Part shown: in pieces, positions 34,567 to 43,505 of the stretch
Layout of the letters: each line of letters opens with the position of its first letter
Numbering within the stretch: position 1 is the first letter of the stretch
Assembly (NCBI GenBank): GCA_016206785.1
Contig: JACQQV010000021.1
Coordinates: 63,509-127,508 of the forward strand
DNA: 64,000 nucleotides
Source: Candidatus Omnitrophota bacterium
GTDB lineage: Bacteria > Omnitrophota > Gorgyraeia > JACQQV01
Direction: 5' to 3'
Notes under the pieces: generated by a model
The model's input: only the letters and a program-made list of their open reading frames with translations
Told to the model about the DNA's origin: nothing
Database searches by the model: none
Position numbers and translations under genes: made by a program

Positions 34567-34694
34567 TCCAATAACCAAATCACAATGACCAAATAAGCTC
34601 CAATACCCAAATTCCAAACACCAAACCGAGGTTTAATTATTGGTGATTGGTTCTTGGTGATTATTTGGAACTTGGAATTTGGTGCTTGGTGATT
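34567..34694. repeat. imperfect palindrome built from degenerate heptad repeats: ACCAAAT-like units at 34567-34626, a central gaggtttaatta, then ATTTGGT/TTGGTGA-like units at 34639-34694
   Basis: Left arm is ccaataaccaaatcacaatgaccaaataagctccaatacccaaattccaaacaccaaacc. Right arm is ttggtgattggttcttggtgattatttggaacttggaatttggtgcttggtgattg. The arms are approximately reverse-complementary. The structure lies in the GT2-exosortase intergenic region. Confidence 0.6.
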
Positions 34695-34702
34695 GTTTCT
34701 CA

Positions 34703-35824
34703 TCATTGTGTTTTCCAAGTCACCTGCTGCTGTCGTGAAAGATAGCGATAAAGACCGACGAGGGCAGAGACATTTAAAAGACAGAAGACATACGGTTGAG
34801 AAAAAAGACGCCGTGCCTTTTGCGGTGCAACCGCTCCGAGAGTCGCACAGCCGTAAAAAGCGATCTGCAACATGAAAAAAATCCGGTAGAGGGGCTCATG
34901 GAGCAGGAAAAAATCGGATAAAAAGAGCGCGATCAAAAAGAAAGGCGCAAGAACCCTTAAGAGTTTGTGGGATATGAATTGAAGGGCGACGCGACTTCGG
35001 AAGGGATTGAGCATGGAAGAGAACTGCACAAAACTTTGATAATTCCCCGCCAGGGTTCTCACCTTCCGTTCATATTCCTGTCGTGGTGTGGAAGAGACAT
35101 CATCATACACCCATGCCCTTCCTTCAAAGAGGGTGCGGTATCCCTGAGAAACCACTTTCATCGGAAGATAAAGGTCGTCCAAGATCGTCTCTTCCGGCAT
35201 GGGATGATACAAAAGGCGGCGGATGGCATAGAGCGCTCCTGTGGCTCCGATCACAGAGCCCGCCTGACTCTCATGACCTCGGATGAATTTCTCATAGTTC
35301 CAATAGAATCCGAGTCCCTTCGCGACCGAGCCATTTGTTCCTTCAAGCACGAGTTCCCCACTGACACATCCCACCGCCGGGTCGCTGAAATTTCGAACCA
35401 AATGACGAATCGCCTGCCGATCGATCTTCTGTCGGGCGTCCGTAAAAACCAGAATCTCGCCTCTCGCCTGCTCAGCCAAGCCATTGAGCATCCGGGGTTT
35501 CCCCCCCCTTTCATTCAAAACGACAAGGCCAACCCTTTCCCCTTCGTACTGTGCCAAAATGCTTGCAGTATTGTCTGTGGAACCGTCGGAACCGACGAAG
35601 ATCTCAAGTTTATCCTCCGGATAGTCGAGGGAAAGAAGATTTTCCATTTTCTTGGCGATCACCTTCTCCTCATTAAAAGCAGAAAGAAGGACAGAGACAG
35701 AGGGTAAATGTTCTGAGGCCCGGACAGGACAAGGAAAGTACTTTGCCCAAATCCATAAAAGAAGCGGGTATCCTAAGTAAATATAAAAAAGTATCGTCGC
35801 TGAAACCCAGAAAAGAAAGGTCAT
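34703..35824 (-). CDS. family 2 glycosyltransferase (membrane-associated, cellulose-synthase-like), 373 aa
   Basis: Carries the GT2 motifs SVLLSAFNEE...DGSTD...VFTDA, with C-terminal TM segments. Confidence 0.8.
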   Translation of the reverse strand: MTFLFWVSATILFYIYLGYPLLLWIWAKYFPCPVRASEHLPSVSVLLSAFNEEKVIAKKMENLLSLDYPEDKLEIFVGSDGSTDNTASILAQYEGERVGLVVLNERGGKPRMLNGLAEQARGEILVFTDARQKIDRQAIRHLVRNFSDPAVGCVSGELVLEGTNGSVAKGLGFYWNYEKFIRGHESQAGSVIGATGALYAIRRLLYHPMPEETILDDLYLPMKVVSQGYRTLFEGRAWVYDDVSSTPRQEYERKVRTLAGNYQSFVQFSSMLNPFRSRVALQFISHKLLRVLAPFFLIALFLSDFFLLHEPLYRIFFMLQIAFYGCATLGAVAPQKARRLFSQPYVFCLLNVSALVGLYRYLSRQQQVTWKTQ

Positions 35825-35825
35825 G

Positions 35826-36608
35826 CTATTTCTCCTTTACTGCCTTCCCTCGGACTCTTTCATAGAGGGTGTGGCCCAAGAGCCGATAGGCCGATTGCTT
35901 GACCAGATACTCAAAAACGAGATGACCCTTTGTACGCCCCTCTACGATAGAAATAAAATCATCAAGCGTGTAGGGCCGTTTGATGGTCCACCGCTTAAGA
36001 CGGAACGGATCTGCGTCTTGGCGATTCACGCCGATGTCGGAGGTGCAGGCGGCCCGATAGCCGACTCCTTTGACCGCTTCTAAGACGCGGTGGTTGTAAC
36101 GGCCGCGCGGGATTGAGAAAAAAGGAACCTCTTTTTTAAGAATCTCTTCCAGTCTCTTCTTGGATCGGGTCAGTTGATCATGAAGTTTTTGATCGTCGAG
36201 CCGCGTCAAGAAAATGTGGTCGAACCCATGGGAGCCAACTTCCATCCCTTCTCCATTCAACCGTCTAAGTTCATCCGTGGTTAGATGATCTTCGGTATTC
36301 AATGTCCCGGGATTCACGAAGAAGGTTGTAGTAAAGCCGTGACGTTTCAAAATCGGAAATGCAATGGAAAAGTCGCTTGAGAGGCCATCGTCAAAAGTGA
36401 TCACGATCGGTTTCTCAGGAAGCGGTTTGCCGGTGAGCCAGTTTACCAGTTCTCTTAAAGAGATGGAATGAAAGTTCCCCCTTGCAAGATAGGCCATCTG
36501 TGCCTCAAACTGCGCCTGGGTGAGTGTGTACAATCCATTCCCGGCGCTGTTTTCTTCCACCAAGCCATGATACGTCAAGATTGGAACTGACGGTGCGTTG
36601 CGTTTCAT
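35826..36608 (-). CDS. polysaccharide deacetylase (NodB-type)
   Basis: Carries VPILTYHG...ITFDDG...HGFDHI motifs. The likely start is MKRNAPSVPILTYHG at about 36608. The track ORF extends to 36683. Confidence 0.8.
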   Translation of the reverse strand: MKRNAPSVPILTYHGLVEENSAGNGLYTLTQAQFEAQMAYLARGNFHSISLRELVNWLTGKPLPEKPIVITFDDGLSSDFSIAFPILKRHGFTTTFFVNPGTLNTEDHLTTDELRRLNGEGMEVGSHGFDHIFLTRLDDQKLHDQLTRSKKRLEEILKKEVPFFSIPRGRYNHRVLEAVKGVGYRAACTSDIGVNRQDADPFRLKRWTIKRPYTLDDFISIVEGRTKGHLVFEYLVKQSAYRLLGHTLYERVRGKAVKEK

Positions 36609-37618
36609 CTGGGTCTCGGCAGACCCACCCCGAACAGAATGTGGGCGATGGTATTGACCATAAAGAAATCGATCTGGCCCCACTCACGCGCAAGCTGTGC
36701 CAAAGGAGCCGTGGATCGAAAAATGGCAAAGATGACAAGATTTCCGACGAGGACAAGCCAAAGAAACCCGATGGGAACGGTCGTCCCAAAACGCCAAAGA
36801 TCGGACCTCTTCCCCGCGAACTGTTGCGATGTCCTCCATTGCCCTGTCCGGCTCAGGAGCTTACGTGCATAGAAGACATACCAGATAATGTAGTGGTAGA
36901 TGACGATTAGCGCAAACCGTTCTGCAGAGGTGAATAGAGGTTCGCCAAATGGCTGCGCCAAACACAAACCGCCCAGAATGCCCACCGCGCTCCATCCAAA
37001 AAGTGAACGGGATGAACGGGGGGCAGGCAGGAGATAGTACCATCCGTACGCGATCCAGAGGACCGTCCAGAGGGCAGCCACAACCGGCAGCGCCCTATGC
37101 CACATATGATCTGCCATCGCCAACTGATCGATCAAGACCAGACCAACCGCCAGCGTCACCCAGAAGGTGCCACGTGTTGTCCAAGCGGCCGGCTGATACC
37201 CGTTTGCCGTCTGCTGCCTGAAAAGAACCTCGTTGGAGGCATGATGGGTCATAAACACCGCTTCGACGAATAGGAAATTTACCTGCGTGGGCAACCACCA
37301 TCTCAGCAAAGCGGCATAAGCGCCCATGACTGTGAGGAAGGCGGCAAGGTACCCGAAGGCGGCCGGCAGATTCCCATATCGTCGACAGACTAACCTCCAG
37401 GTGAAGATGTAGGCCAGGGTGAAATGTCCGTAGCCAAGAAAGTTGCGCATACGGATGATGTTCAGAAAGTGCAAGAGATTCGCACTCGCTGCCCACGCCA
37501 GCAAAAGAAACAGACACCCCATGGACCATGCCGTCACGCTTCCGTAATCGTAGAGTCCGGGGTGCGAGAGGCTGACTGATTGGGCAGAAAGAGTCACGCT
37601 GGACTGATGTTGTCTCAT
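36605..37618 (-). CDS. polytopic membrane protein, unknown function, 337 aa
   Basis: ORF track. At least 8 hydrophobic helices, rich in Trp/Tyr. Confidence 0.4.
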   Translation of the reverse strand: MRQHQSSVTLSAQSVSLSHPGLYDYGSVTAWSMGCLFLLLAWAASANLLHFLNIIRMRNFLGYGHFTLAYIFTWRLVCRRYGNLPAAFGYLAAFLTVMGAYAALLRWWLPTQVNFLFVEAVFMTHHASNEVLFRQQTANGYQPAAWTTRGTFWVTLAVGLVLIDQLAMADHMWHRALPVVAALWTVLWIAYGWYYLLPAPRSSRSLFGWSAVGILGGLCLAQPFGEPLFTSAERFALIVIYHYIIWYVFYARKLLSRTGQWRTSQQFAGKRSDLWRFGTTVPIGFLWLVLVGNLVIFAIFRSTAPLAQLAREWGQIDFFMVNTIAHILFGVGLPRPR

Positions 37619-40600
37619 TCTGCACCCTTTAACGATTCAATGGCCTGCGCGATCCGACCTCGTAACTCCAAGAGACCCTCCGGCTGTTTCGGGTATTCTC
37701 GCATCGAACGGGCAAGGGTCTCCGCATCATTTAACGCCGTCTCTGCCTGTTGAATGGTCTCTGCCAGGAGACTCCCCTTCGCTTTAGCCCTTGCAATCTT
37801 ATCCGACAGAATCGCAATCATGTCATAATCCTCCATCCCATCGCGTAGTAGTTCGAGACGGATGGAACCGACCGGACCCTCCGGGCCCGGATAGAAAAGA
37901 ACCCCATTGTCGTTCTGTTCCCACTTGGTGTTCTCCGGATTGGTGTAGGGGTTTACGGTCCAGAAGTTCACGCACCAATAGAGAAGCCCTGTCACTTTGT
38001 ACTTCCAGCACATCCAAGGAAGAATCCGGTAGGCCATCATCGGGTAATCGATCACAAAGGTCGGATAGGGATAGGAGGGACCTGAACAATAGATCCAAAG
38101 TTCCTTTCCCGCTTTTCTAATCTCTTCCGCCTGTGCGGGGTCGAAAGAGACGTTTCTAAGACAAACAATATCGATATCCTTAAACCAGTCCGCATATGAA
38201 GAGTACATCGGCGTTTCCATAAGAGTGACCATATTCCTCAGGAAAGGGCTTGCTTGATGAACCTTCTCTGCGACTCTCGCGACCTTCTCTGTACCGGCAG
38301 GAGATTCATCAGAGGTGTAAAGATAAGAGCGGTCGAGGAGATTGTGATCTCGTAAAATGGCGGCGTAGCTCTGATAAAGGGGGACAACGGGGGTAAGGTC
38401 TGCTGGCCAATTGTTTCCGCTGCTCCCACTATATTTTCCGATACCGAAAGAGGTCATTCCAAGATTCAAAAGGCGCTTGACTCGCTCAATACTTTCTGGT
38501 CTTGCCGGATCGATATTGAGGATCGGAGAAATCCGATAGCGAAGCATCCTCTCGTAATACCGGTCTTCCAATTGGGAAATAGATTCTCGCCACTTCGGCC
38601 ACCAATCGGGAAAGAAATTTTGATAACCGTCGACCAAACGACCCGTATAGAGGTCAAAAGCGGTCTTGAGGCGTGGGGTCTTCGGAAGTTCAAAGTCCCA
38701 AATGTGTACCTCAAGAGCTACTTTCTTCTGAGGACCATTTTTGGGTTGAATGAAAATTGATCCTTGATAAAGACCGGCCGGTGTCCCGGGGGGTGCGTAG
38801 ACGGTCACCCAAATCGGCTGAAGCTTCCCTCGCTTCACGTCAAAAGTTTCTTTTGAAGGAAGGGGATCGGGAACAAAGCCGATCAGTTCCGGGAGATACT
38901 GTGTTTTCCTGAGTTCAACATATCCGACCGGATAGGTCACGATTTCTTTTTTGTCAATCTTAGTGCCTGTCGTCGCATTCACAAGGTCTTCTGCCTGAAT
39001 CCGAACCTCTTTTAAATCCCCCGCGAGAGAAGAGAGAACGATCTGCGTCGATTCGTATTCGTTGGCAGCGAGGGAGAGTTGAATCGGATTGGCATGCCCA
39101 AGACCTTTGAATGGGGCATCTCTGAGAACCCTTTGGAATGGAGAAACAATTCGCACCTCGTAATCGAGGCCTTTGGCTTCGGACTTGGCAACGATTTCCT
39201 CTTCTTTCTTTTCATAGTAAGGTTTAAGAAAAGAGGGATTCCTGACACCGAGCAAATAAGGAACCGTGTAAAGAAGCGGGGGGACCCGATCATAAGTGAT
39301 TTTGCCGAAGACCATCCCGTTCCGGAGCGGATCTTCACTACGGTCCTGGGCCTGAATCTGCGCCATGAGTCGGCGACGGCCCTCTTCCATATATTTTGCC
39401 TCGCCGGTGAGTTCGTACGAATAAGCGAGCGCATCGAAGAAAGGAAGATACTTTTCGTTCTGAATCAAATAATCGGTCCCTTTTAGGATTGCCTCTTTGA
39501 CACGGGGATTACCCGTGAGACGATGATACGTGATGAGAGACGGAAGGGTATGAAGTGCCATAAATCGGCTATCCGATTCATCCGGCCAGCTGTCCGCGCG
39601 GGGGTTATAGTCTTTCGCCCAACTTCCGTCTTCTCGCTGGCCCTCCACAAAGAGAGCGGCCCACCGGTCAGCCGCTTCCTTATATCGCTTGTCGCGCGTT
39701 GCCTGATAAAGGAGGGTCTCACCCCAGAGGAGATTGGCAATCGCCCGTTGAGGGGCGATATCCGGATGTCGGGTATAGGTAATCGGGTTCTTGAGATAAA
39801 AACTTCCGACCTCTTTCGCCACATCAAAAGAGCGTTCATAACCGGTTAAATAATAATAGAGAAGAAAACCGAGGAGATGCGTATGGGAGGCCTCATCGGA
39901 GCGTCCTCCCCAATGGTTTGCGTTATGCCGGTGCATCGCTCCCACATGGCTATGGTCACTGTAGATTTTTCCCTTAAGCCGAGGATCCCTCTCAACCATG
40001 TCATAGTGGATGGTATCGACATCCATGATGTGACGGGAAGAGGCTTCCCCAAAAGCAAAATATTTGTAAAGGCCGGTCCTTGCAAATTGTAAAAGGGACG
40101 CTGCATGCGTTCCGACCTGTTCGCAGTTAAACCAACCCCATCGTCCCTCGGGATGCCAACCCCATTCCGGATAGGATTTATCATAGGCATCTTTGCGATA
40201 CCAGAAACGGGTGTCTCCATAATCGAGCATCCCGTACCAGCCGAACGCCTTCGGCTGTCGCGCCGCCCAATCAAAAAGACGGGCGATGAGTTCCTCCCCT
40301 TCCACAGAAACTTGGTGAGGGCCGAGAGATCCGAGCGCGTAACTGACGTACACCCACTCGGGGTCTGCGTGAAGAATCGGTGGATGCTGAAAAGCACTCA
40401 GCGTCTGATGAAGGGTTTGGGGTTCCGCAACACCTGAATGAAAGGAGAAAATAAGTTCATGAGTCTTACCGAGTCCGAAGGCGGAACCGCGTGCGACCGC
40501 ATCGGGCCCATAGGCCGCATCCTGTGTTTCGAGATTGAGTGGACCTGCCGAACGAGGCCAGAGAGAGATCTTGATTTTCCCTGCAACATCCACAAGGATC

Positions 40601-42384
40601 TCCTTGGGATATTGCTGCCAGAAATCTCTGACAAAAACCGAAGTCCCTGAGGAAAGGGACGAAAGATTCACCCACCCGGACGCCTCTTTCCCTTCATGAA
40701 TCACATCCGTTCCTTGCGAAAGACGGAAAAGATCCTGCTTGGGCTGGGAAAGGAGCAAAGGTCCTTTCATCTTCCCAACGAGAACCTGCGTGGGAAGACC
40801 GACCTGATAGGCGGTCTCTTTCTGGGTAGGAGAGGAATGCTCCATCGCAATCTCTTCAATCGTTTCGTTCTCAGGGAGACCTTTGACATCTTTATATTCA
40901 TGATGGTAGATATTTTCAGGATAGCCGGTATAAATAAAGGTGTGATAGACGCGAACGTCGCTTTTCCCTGCAAAGGCCTGGATCCGAACGTTATACTGAC
41001 AGAATTTCTTTCCTTCTGCGTTCCGAAACCAACCACTCGCCTTGAGGGTTACCCGCAGAGGTCCTCGCTCTTCAAGCTTTAGAGAGTACTCTTCCGCATC
41101 CAAGGAAGAGCGGTACTCGCTTCCTCGAAAACGGATCACAAGGTCTCCTCCCCCATCGGCTACCTTTTCATCCTCTAAAAATTGTTTATCACCGTTTAAA
41201 TCCAAAAAGGCCTTTTGGAAAAGGGTAAAATTCTTTTTGCTCACGGAAAATTGCAGAGGACCTGTCGTGATTGTGACTGAGGAGGGATCTTCTGAAATAC
41301 GAAGAGGACTCTCTGGTTCAGTGGGCGGGGGTGTTTGATGAATTTCAAGGAAAAGTTTTTTGTCTGCCGTCCCCTGAGGAAGCTGCGTATCTACAAGAAG
41401 CCACTGGATGGAACCATCTTCCCAAAATCCCAGAGGACGGATTTGAAGCGGAAGTTCCTCCCCCTCCGCCGTCATGAGTCGGAAAGAAGTCGTGCTACTT
41501 AAAAGTCCATAAGGAAATGGAACCCCCCCAGAGACTGGAAATCTGTCAGGAAGCGTAGCGGTGAGGCTCGCAACTTTGATGGGAACTTGCAAGAATGTCT
41601 CTCCGCTTGTCTTGGAAACGGCCTGCCATTTCTTCGCGACCTGTTGAAACAGGAGACCGCTCACGACATTCGGAGAGTTTGCAGTGATGGACCCACCAAA
41701 CGGCTCTTTCTCTGAGGCCGCCACAGGAGTTTGTGGTTCAGGAGCGCCCTCGAGTTCCGGAGAAAGACGAGATTCCTCTTGTCGAGCCTTTTTCTCCTTC
41801 GGGATCAGCTTAACGTCGTCGAGGAAAAAGATCGCGGCCGTTTTTGGATTCCAGCGGAAAAAATTAAGTTGGACGATCTCTTTCAGATCGACAAAAGAAG
41901 CGATATCTTCAAGAGGAACCCTGTAAGAAAGAGAGTTGTTCGCCGGGATGTACATATCCTCTTTATAACGGCGGTCCTTTCTATCCTTAATCTGAAGGAT
42001 GAGACGCTGCTGGGAAGACCCGGGATTAAACAATGTGAAGACAAGGGTTTCATAACCCCGCCAGTCCCTCGCCTTTTTGTTCTTCTCGAAGAAGTCTTCC
42101 ATCATAAAAGTGGGGTTCTGATCCCCCCCATAGGTGAGCTTGGCGGAATGCCTACCGCGGGCAACATGTTCATCGGAAAGAAATGCAGAAACGTTTGTCG
42201 CTTCCCATCGTTCCAAATCTTTTTCGGACTCAAAGTCGCCAAGCATGAGTTCGCCGGAGGCGAAAATGAACTCTTCCTTTGACCTTCTTCCCTCCCCTTG
42301 ACCCTTTTCATGAGACCTGGATAGAAACTGCCCTATCGCGATTCCGAGGAGGAGAATTGCTCCAATCTGAAACCATTTTTTCAC
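37615..42384 (-). CDS. giant secreted multidomain protein (1589 aa) with a central alpha/alpha-toroid-like (glycosidase/lyase-like) region and a C-terminal DUF4091/GH123-like domain
   Basis: The N-terminus is signal/TM-like: MKKWFQIGAILLLGIAIGQFL. The central region carries W/Y-rich repeats: ...WYGMLDYGDTRFWYRKDAYDKSYPEWGWHPEGRWGWFNCEQ... The C-terminus ...ELWIYCSGPSYPYPTFVIDYPMMAYRILPWMCWKYKVTGLLYWCVNFW... resembles DUF4091-type glycoside-hydrolase domains. Confidence 0.65.
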   Translation of the reverse strand: MKKWFQIGAILLLGIAIGQFLSRSHEKGQGEGRRSKEEFIFASGELMLGDFESEKDLERWEATNVSAFLSDEHVARGRHSAKLTYGGDQNPTFMMEDFFEKNKKARDWRGYETLVFTLFNPGSSQQRLILQIKDRKDRRYKEDMYIPANNSLSYRVPLEDIASFVDLKEIVQLNFFRWNPKTAAIFFLDDVKLIPKEKKARQEESRLSPELEGAPEPQTPVAASEKEPFGGSITANSPNVVSGLLFQQVAKKWQAVSKTSGETFLQVPIKVASLTATLPDRFPVSGGVPFPYGLLSSTTSFRLMTAEGEELPLQIRPLGFWEDGSIQWLLVDTQLPQGTADKKLFLEIHQTPPPTEPESPLRISEDPSSVTITTGPLQFSVSKKNFTLFQKAFLDLNGDKQFLEDEKVADGGGDLVIRFRGSEYRSSLDAEEYSLKLEERGPLRVTLKASGWFRNAEGKKFCQYNVRIQAFAGKSDVRVYHTFIYTGYPENIYHHEYKDVKGLPENETIEEIAMEHSSPTQKETAYQVGLPTQVLVGKMKGPLLLSQPKQDLFRLSQGTDVIHEGKEASGWVNLSSLSSGTSVFVRDFWQQYPKEILVDVAGKIKISLWPRSAGPLNLETQDAAYGPDAVARGSAFGLGKTHELIFSFHSGVAEPQTLHQTLSAFQHPPILHADPEWVYVSYALGSLGPHQVSVEGEELIARLFDWAARQPKAFGWYGMLDYGDTRFWYRKDAYDKSYPEWGWHPEGRWGWFNCEQVGTHAASLLQFARTGLYKYFAFGEASSRHIMDVDTIHYDMVERDPRLKGKIYSDHSHVGAMHRHNANHWGGRSDEASHTHLLGFLLYYYLTGYERSFDVAKEVGSFYLKNPITYTRHPDIAPQRAIANLLWGETLLYQATRDKRYKEAADRWAALFVEGQREDGSWAKDYNPRADSWPDESDSRFMALHTLPSLITYHRLTGNPRVKEAILKGTDYLIQNEKYLPFFDALAYSYELTGEAKYMEEGRRRLMAQIQAQDRSEDPLRNGMVFGKITYDRVPPLLYTVPYLLGVRNPSFLKPYYEKKEEEIVAKSEAKGLDYEVRIVSPFQRVLRDAPFKGLGHANPIQLSLAANEYESTQIVLSSLAGDLKEVRIQAEDLVNATTGTKIDKKEIVTYPVGYVELRKTQYLPELIGFVPDPLPSKETFDVKRGKLQPIWVTVYAPPGTPAGLYQGSIFIQPKNGPQKKVALEVHIWDFELPKTPRLKTAFDLYTGRLVDGYQNFFPDWWPKWRESISQLEDRYYERMLRYRISPILNIDPARPESIERVKRLLNLGMTSFGIGKYSGSSGNNWPADLTPVVPLYQSYAAILRDHNLLDRSYLYTSDESPAGTEKVARVAEKVHQASPFLRNMVTLMETPMYSSYADWFKDIDIVCLRNVSFDPAQAEEIRKAGKELWIYCSGPSYPYPTFVIDYPMMAYRILPWMCWKYKVTGLLYWCVNFWTVNPYTNPENTKWEQNDNGVLFYPGPEGPVGSIRLELLRDGMEDYDMIAILSDKIARAKAKGSLLAETIQQAETALNDAETLARSMREYPKQPEGLLELRGRIAQAIESLKGAE

Positions 42385-43505
42385 GAAGAAATTCCTTTCG
42401 CTTGCAATAAGCGTTCATAGAGTGCTTCTGTCTTTTCAACCATCCGTTCTACCGTGAATGCTTTCGTAATAGACTCGCGCGCCTTCTGTCCGATCTCCGC
42501 AACTCTTCTTGGATCCTGAAGGAGAGAAGAAAGTGCCTCAACCAATTCATCGGTTTGCCCATGGCGGACCAGAATGCCGGTCTCGCCGTCTTGGACCACC
42601 TCGGGTGTCCCACCCACGCGTGTGGCAACCACACATTTTCCCGCTGCCATCGCCTCTAAAACAACATTGGGACAGCCCTCATATCGTGATGGCAAAATGA
42701 AAAGATCGATTCCCGCCAGAAGTTCAGGAATGTCTGAACGGGCACCAAGCCATCTGAGATGCGTTGCAATGCCCAATTCTTCTCCAAGACGGACAAGAGA
42801 AGTATACAAAGGCCCGTCACCGATTAAAAGGAGATAAGGCTTTACGTTCTTTTTGAAGAGTTGGGACGCCGCTTGAAGGAGGGTGCGGTGATCCTTTTCA
42901 GGACCGAGGCGCCCGACCGTTCCCAAAACGAAAGCGTCTTCCGGAATCTCAAGGGATTTCCGAAGATGACCATTCTGCATGGGGTAAGGAAAACGACCGA
43001 GATCCACGCCATTATGAATGGTATAAATCTTAGAAATTTTAATCTTTTCCCGGGCGGCCAGAATTTCTCCGATGCAAGAGGCGTTCCCTATGACCGCATC
43101 GCACCACCTTCCCAAGTAGCGGTCTACAAGAATATAGCGCTGCTTCTTATCCGGTTCGGTACTCCGTACGGAACTGATGAGCATTGGAACTCCGGCCATT
43201 CTTGCGGCAAGCCTTCCGTAAAAGTCGGCTGTAAAAAGATAAGTGTGAACAATCGTCGGAGAGAACTGGCGGAGGGCCTTCCAAAGTTTAAAGAGCACCG
43301 GAAACGAGATCTTCCCCCGCTGGTCGAAGAGAATGACAGAAAGACCGGCTTTTTCAAAGGCGTCTTTCAGAGCAATCTTTTTTTCGGAAAGAGCATAGAG
43401 GACCGGTTGGAAACGTCGCCGATCGAGCCGCTTCACCAGTTCCAAGAGTTGGCGCTGGGCCCCTCCCAATCCCAAGTCATCGATCACAAACGCAATCTTT
43501 ACCAT
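42381..43505 (-). CDS. GT4 (GT-B) glycosyltransferase, 374 aa
   Basis: N-terminus MVKIAFVIDDLGLGGAQRQLLELVKRL. C-terminal EX7E-like region LPSRYEGCPNVVLEAMAAGKCVVAT. Confidence 0.8.
   Translation of the reverse strand: MVKIAFVIDDLGLGGAQRQLLELVKRLDRRRFQPVLYALSEKKIALKDAFEKAGLSVILFDQRGKISFPVLFKLWKALRQFSPTIVHTYLFTADFYGRLAARMAGVPMLISSVRSTEPDKKQRYILVDRYLGRWCDAVIGNASCIGEILAAREKIKISKIYTIHNGVDLGRFPYPMQNGHLRKSLEIPEDAFVLGTVGRLGPEKDHRTLLQAASQLFKKNVKPYLLLIGDGPLYTSLVRLGEELGIATHLRWLGARSDIPELLAGIDLFILPSRYEGCPNVVLEAMAAGKCVVATRVGGTPEVVQDGETGILVRHGQTDELVEALSSLLQDPRRVAEIGQKARESITKAFTVERMVEKTEALYERLLQAKGISS

Noticed and set aside
34546-34617. N-terminal extension MEFGYWSLFGHCDLVIGIFREDSP of the exosortase ORF
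   Set aside because: It is translated from the heptad-repeat palindrome. The canonical exosortase N-terminus begins at MKKWISLGV (about 34545).
34567-34694. Possible CRISPR-like array (short direct repeats)
   Set aside because: The units are 6-8 nt degenerate heptads with no unique spacers of uniform length, they are arranged as an inverted pair of arms, and no cas genes are present.
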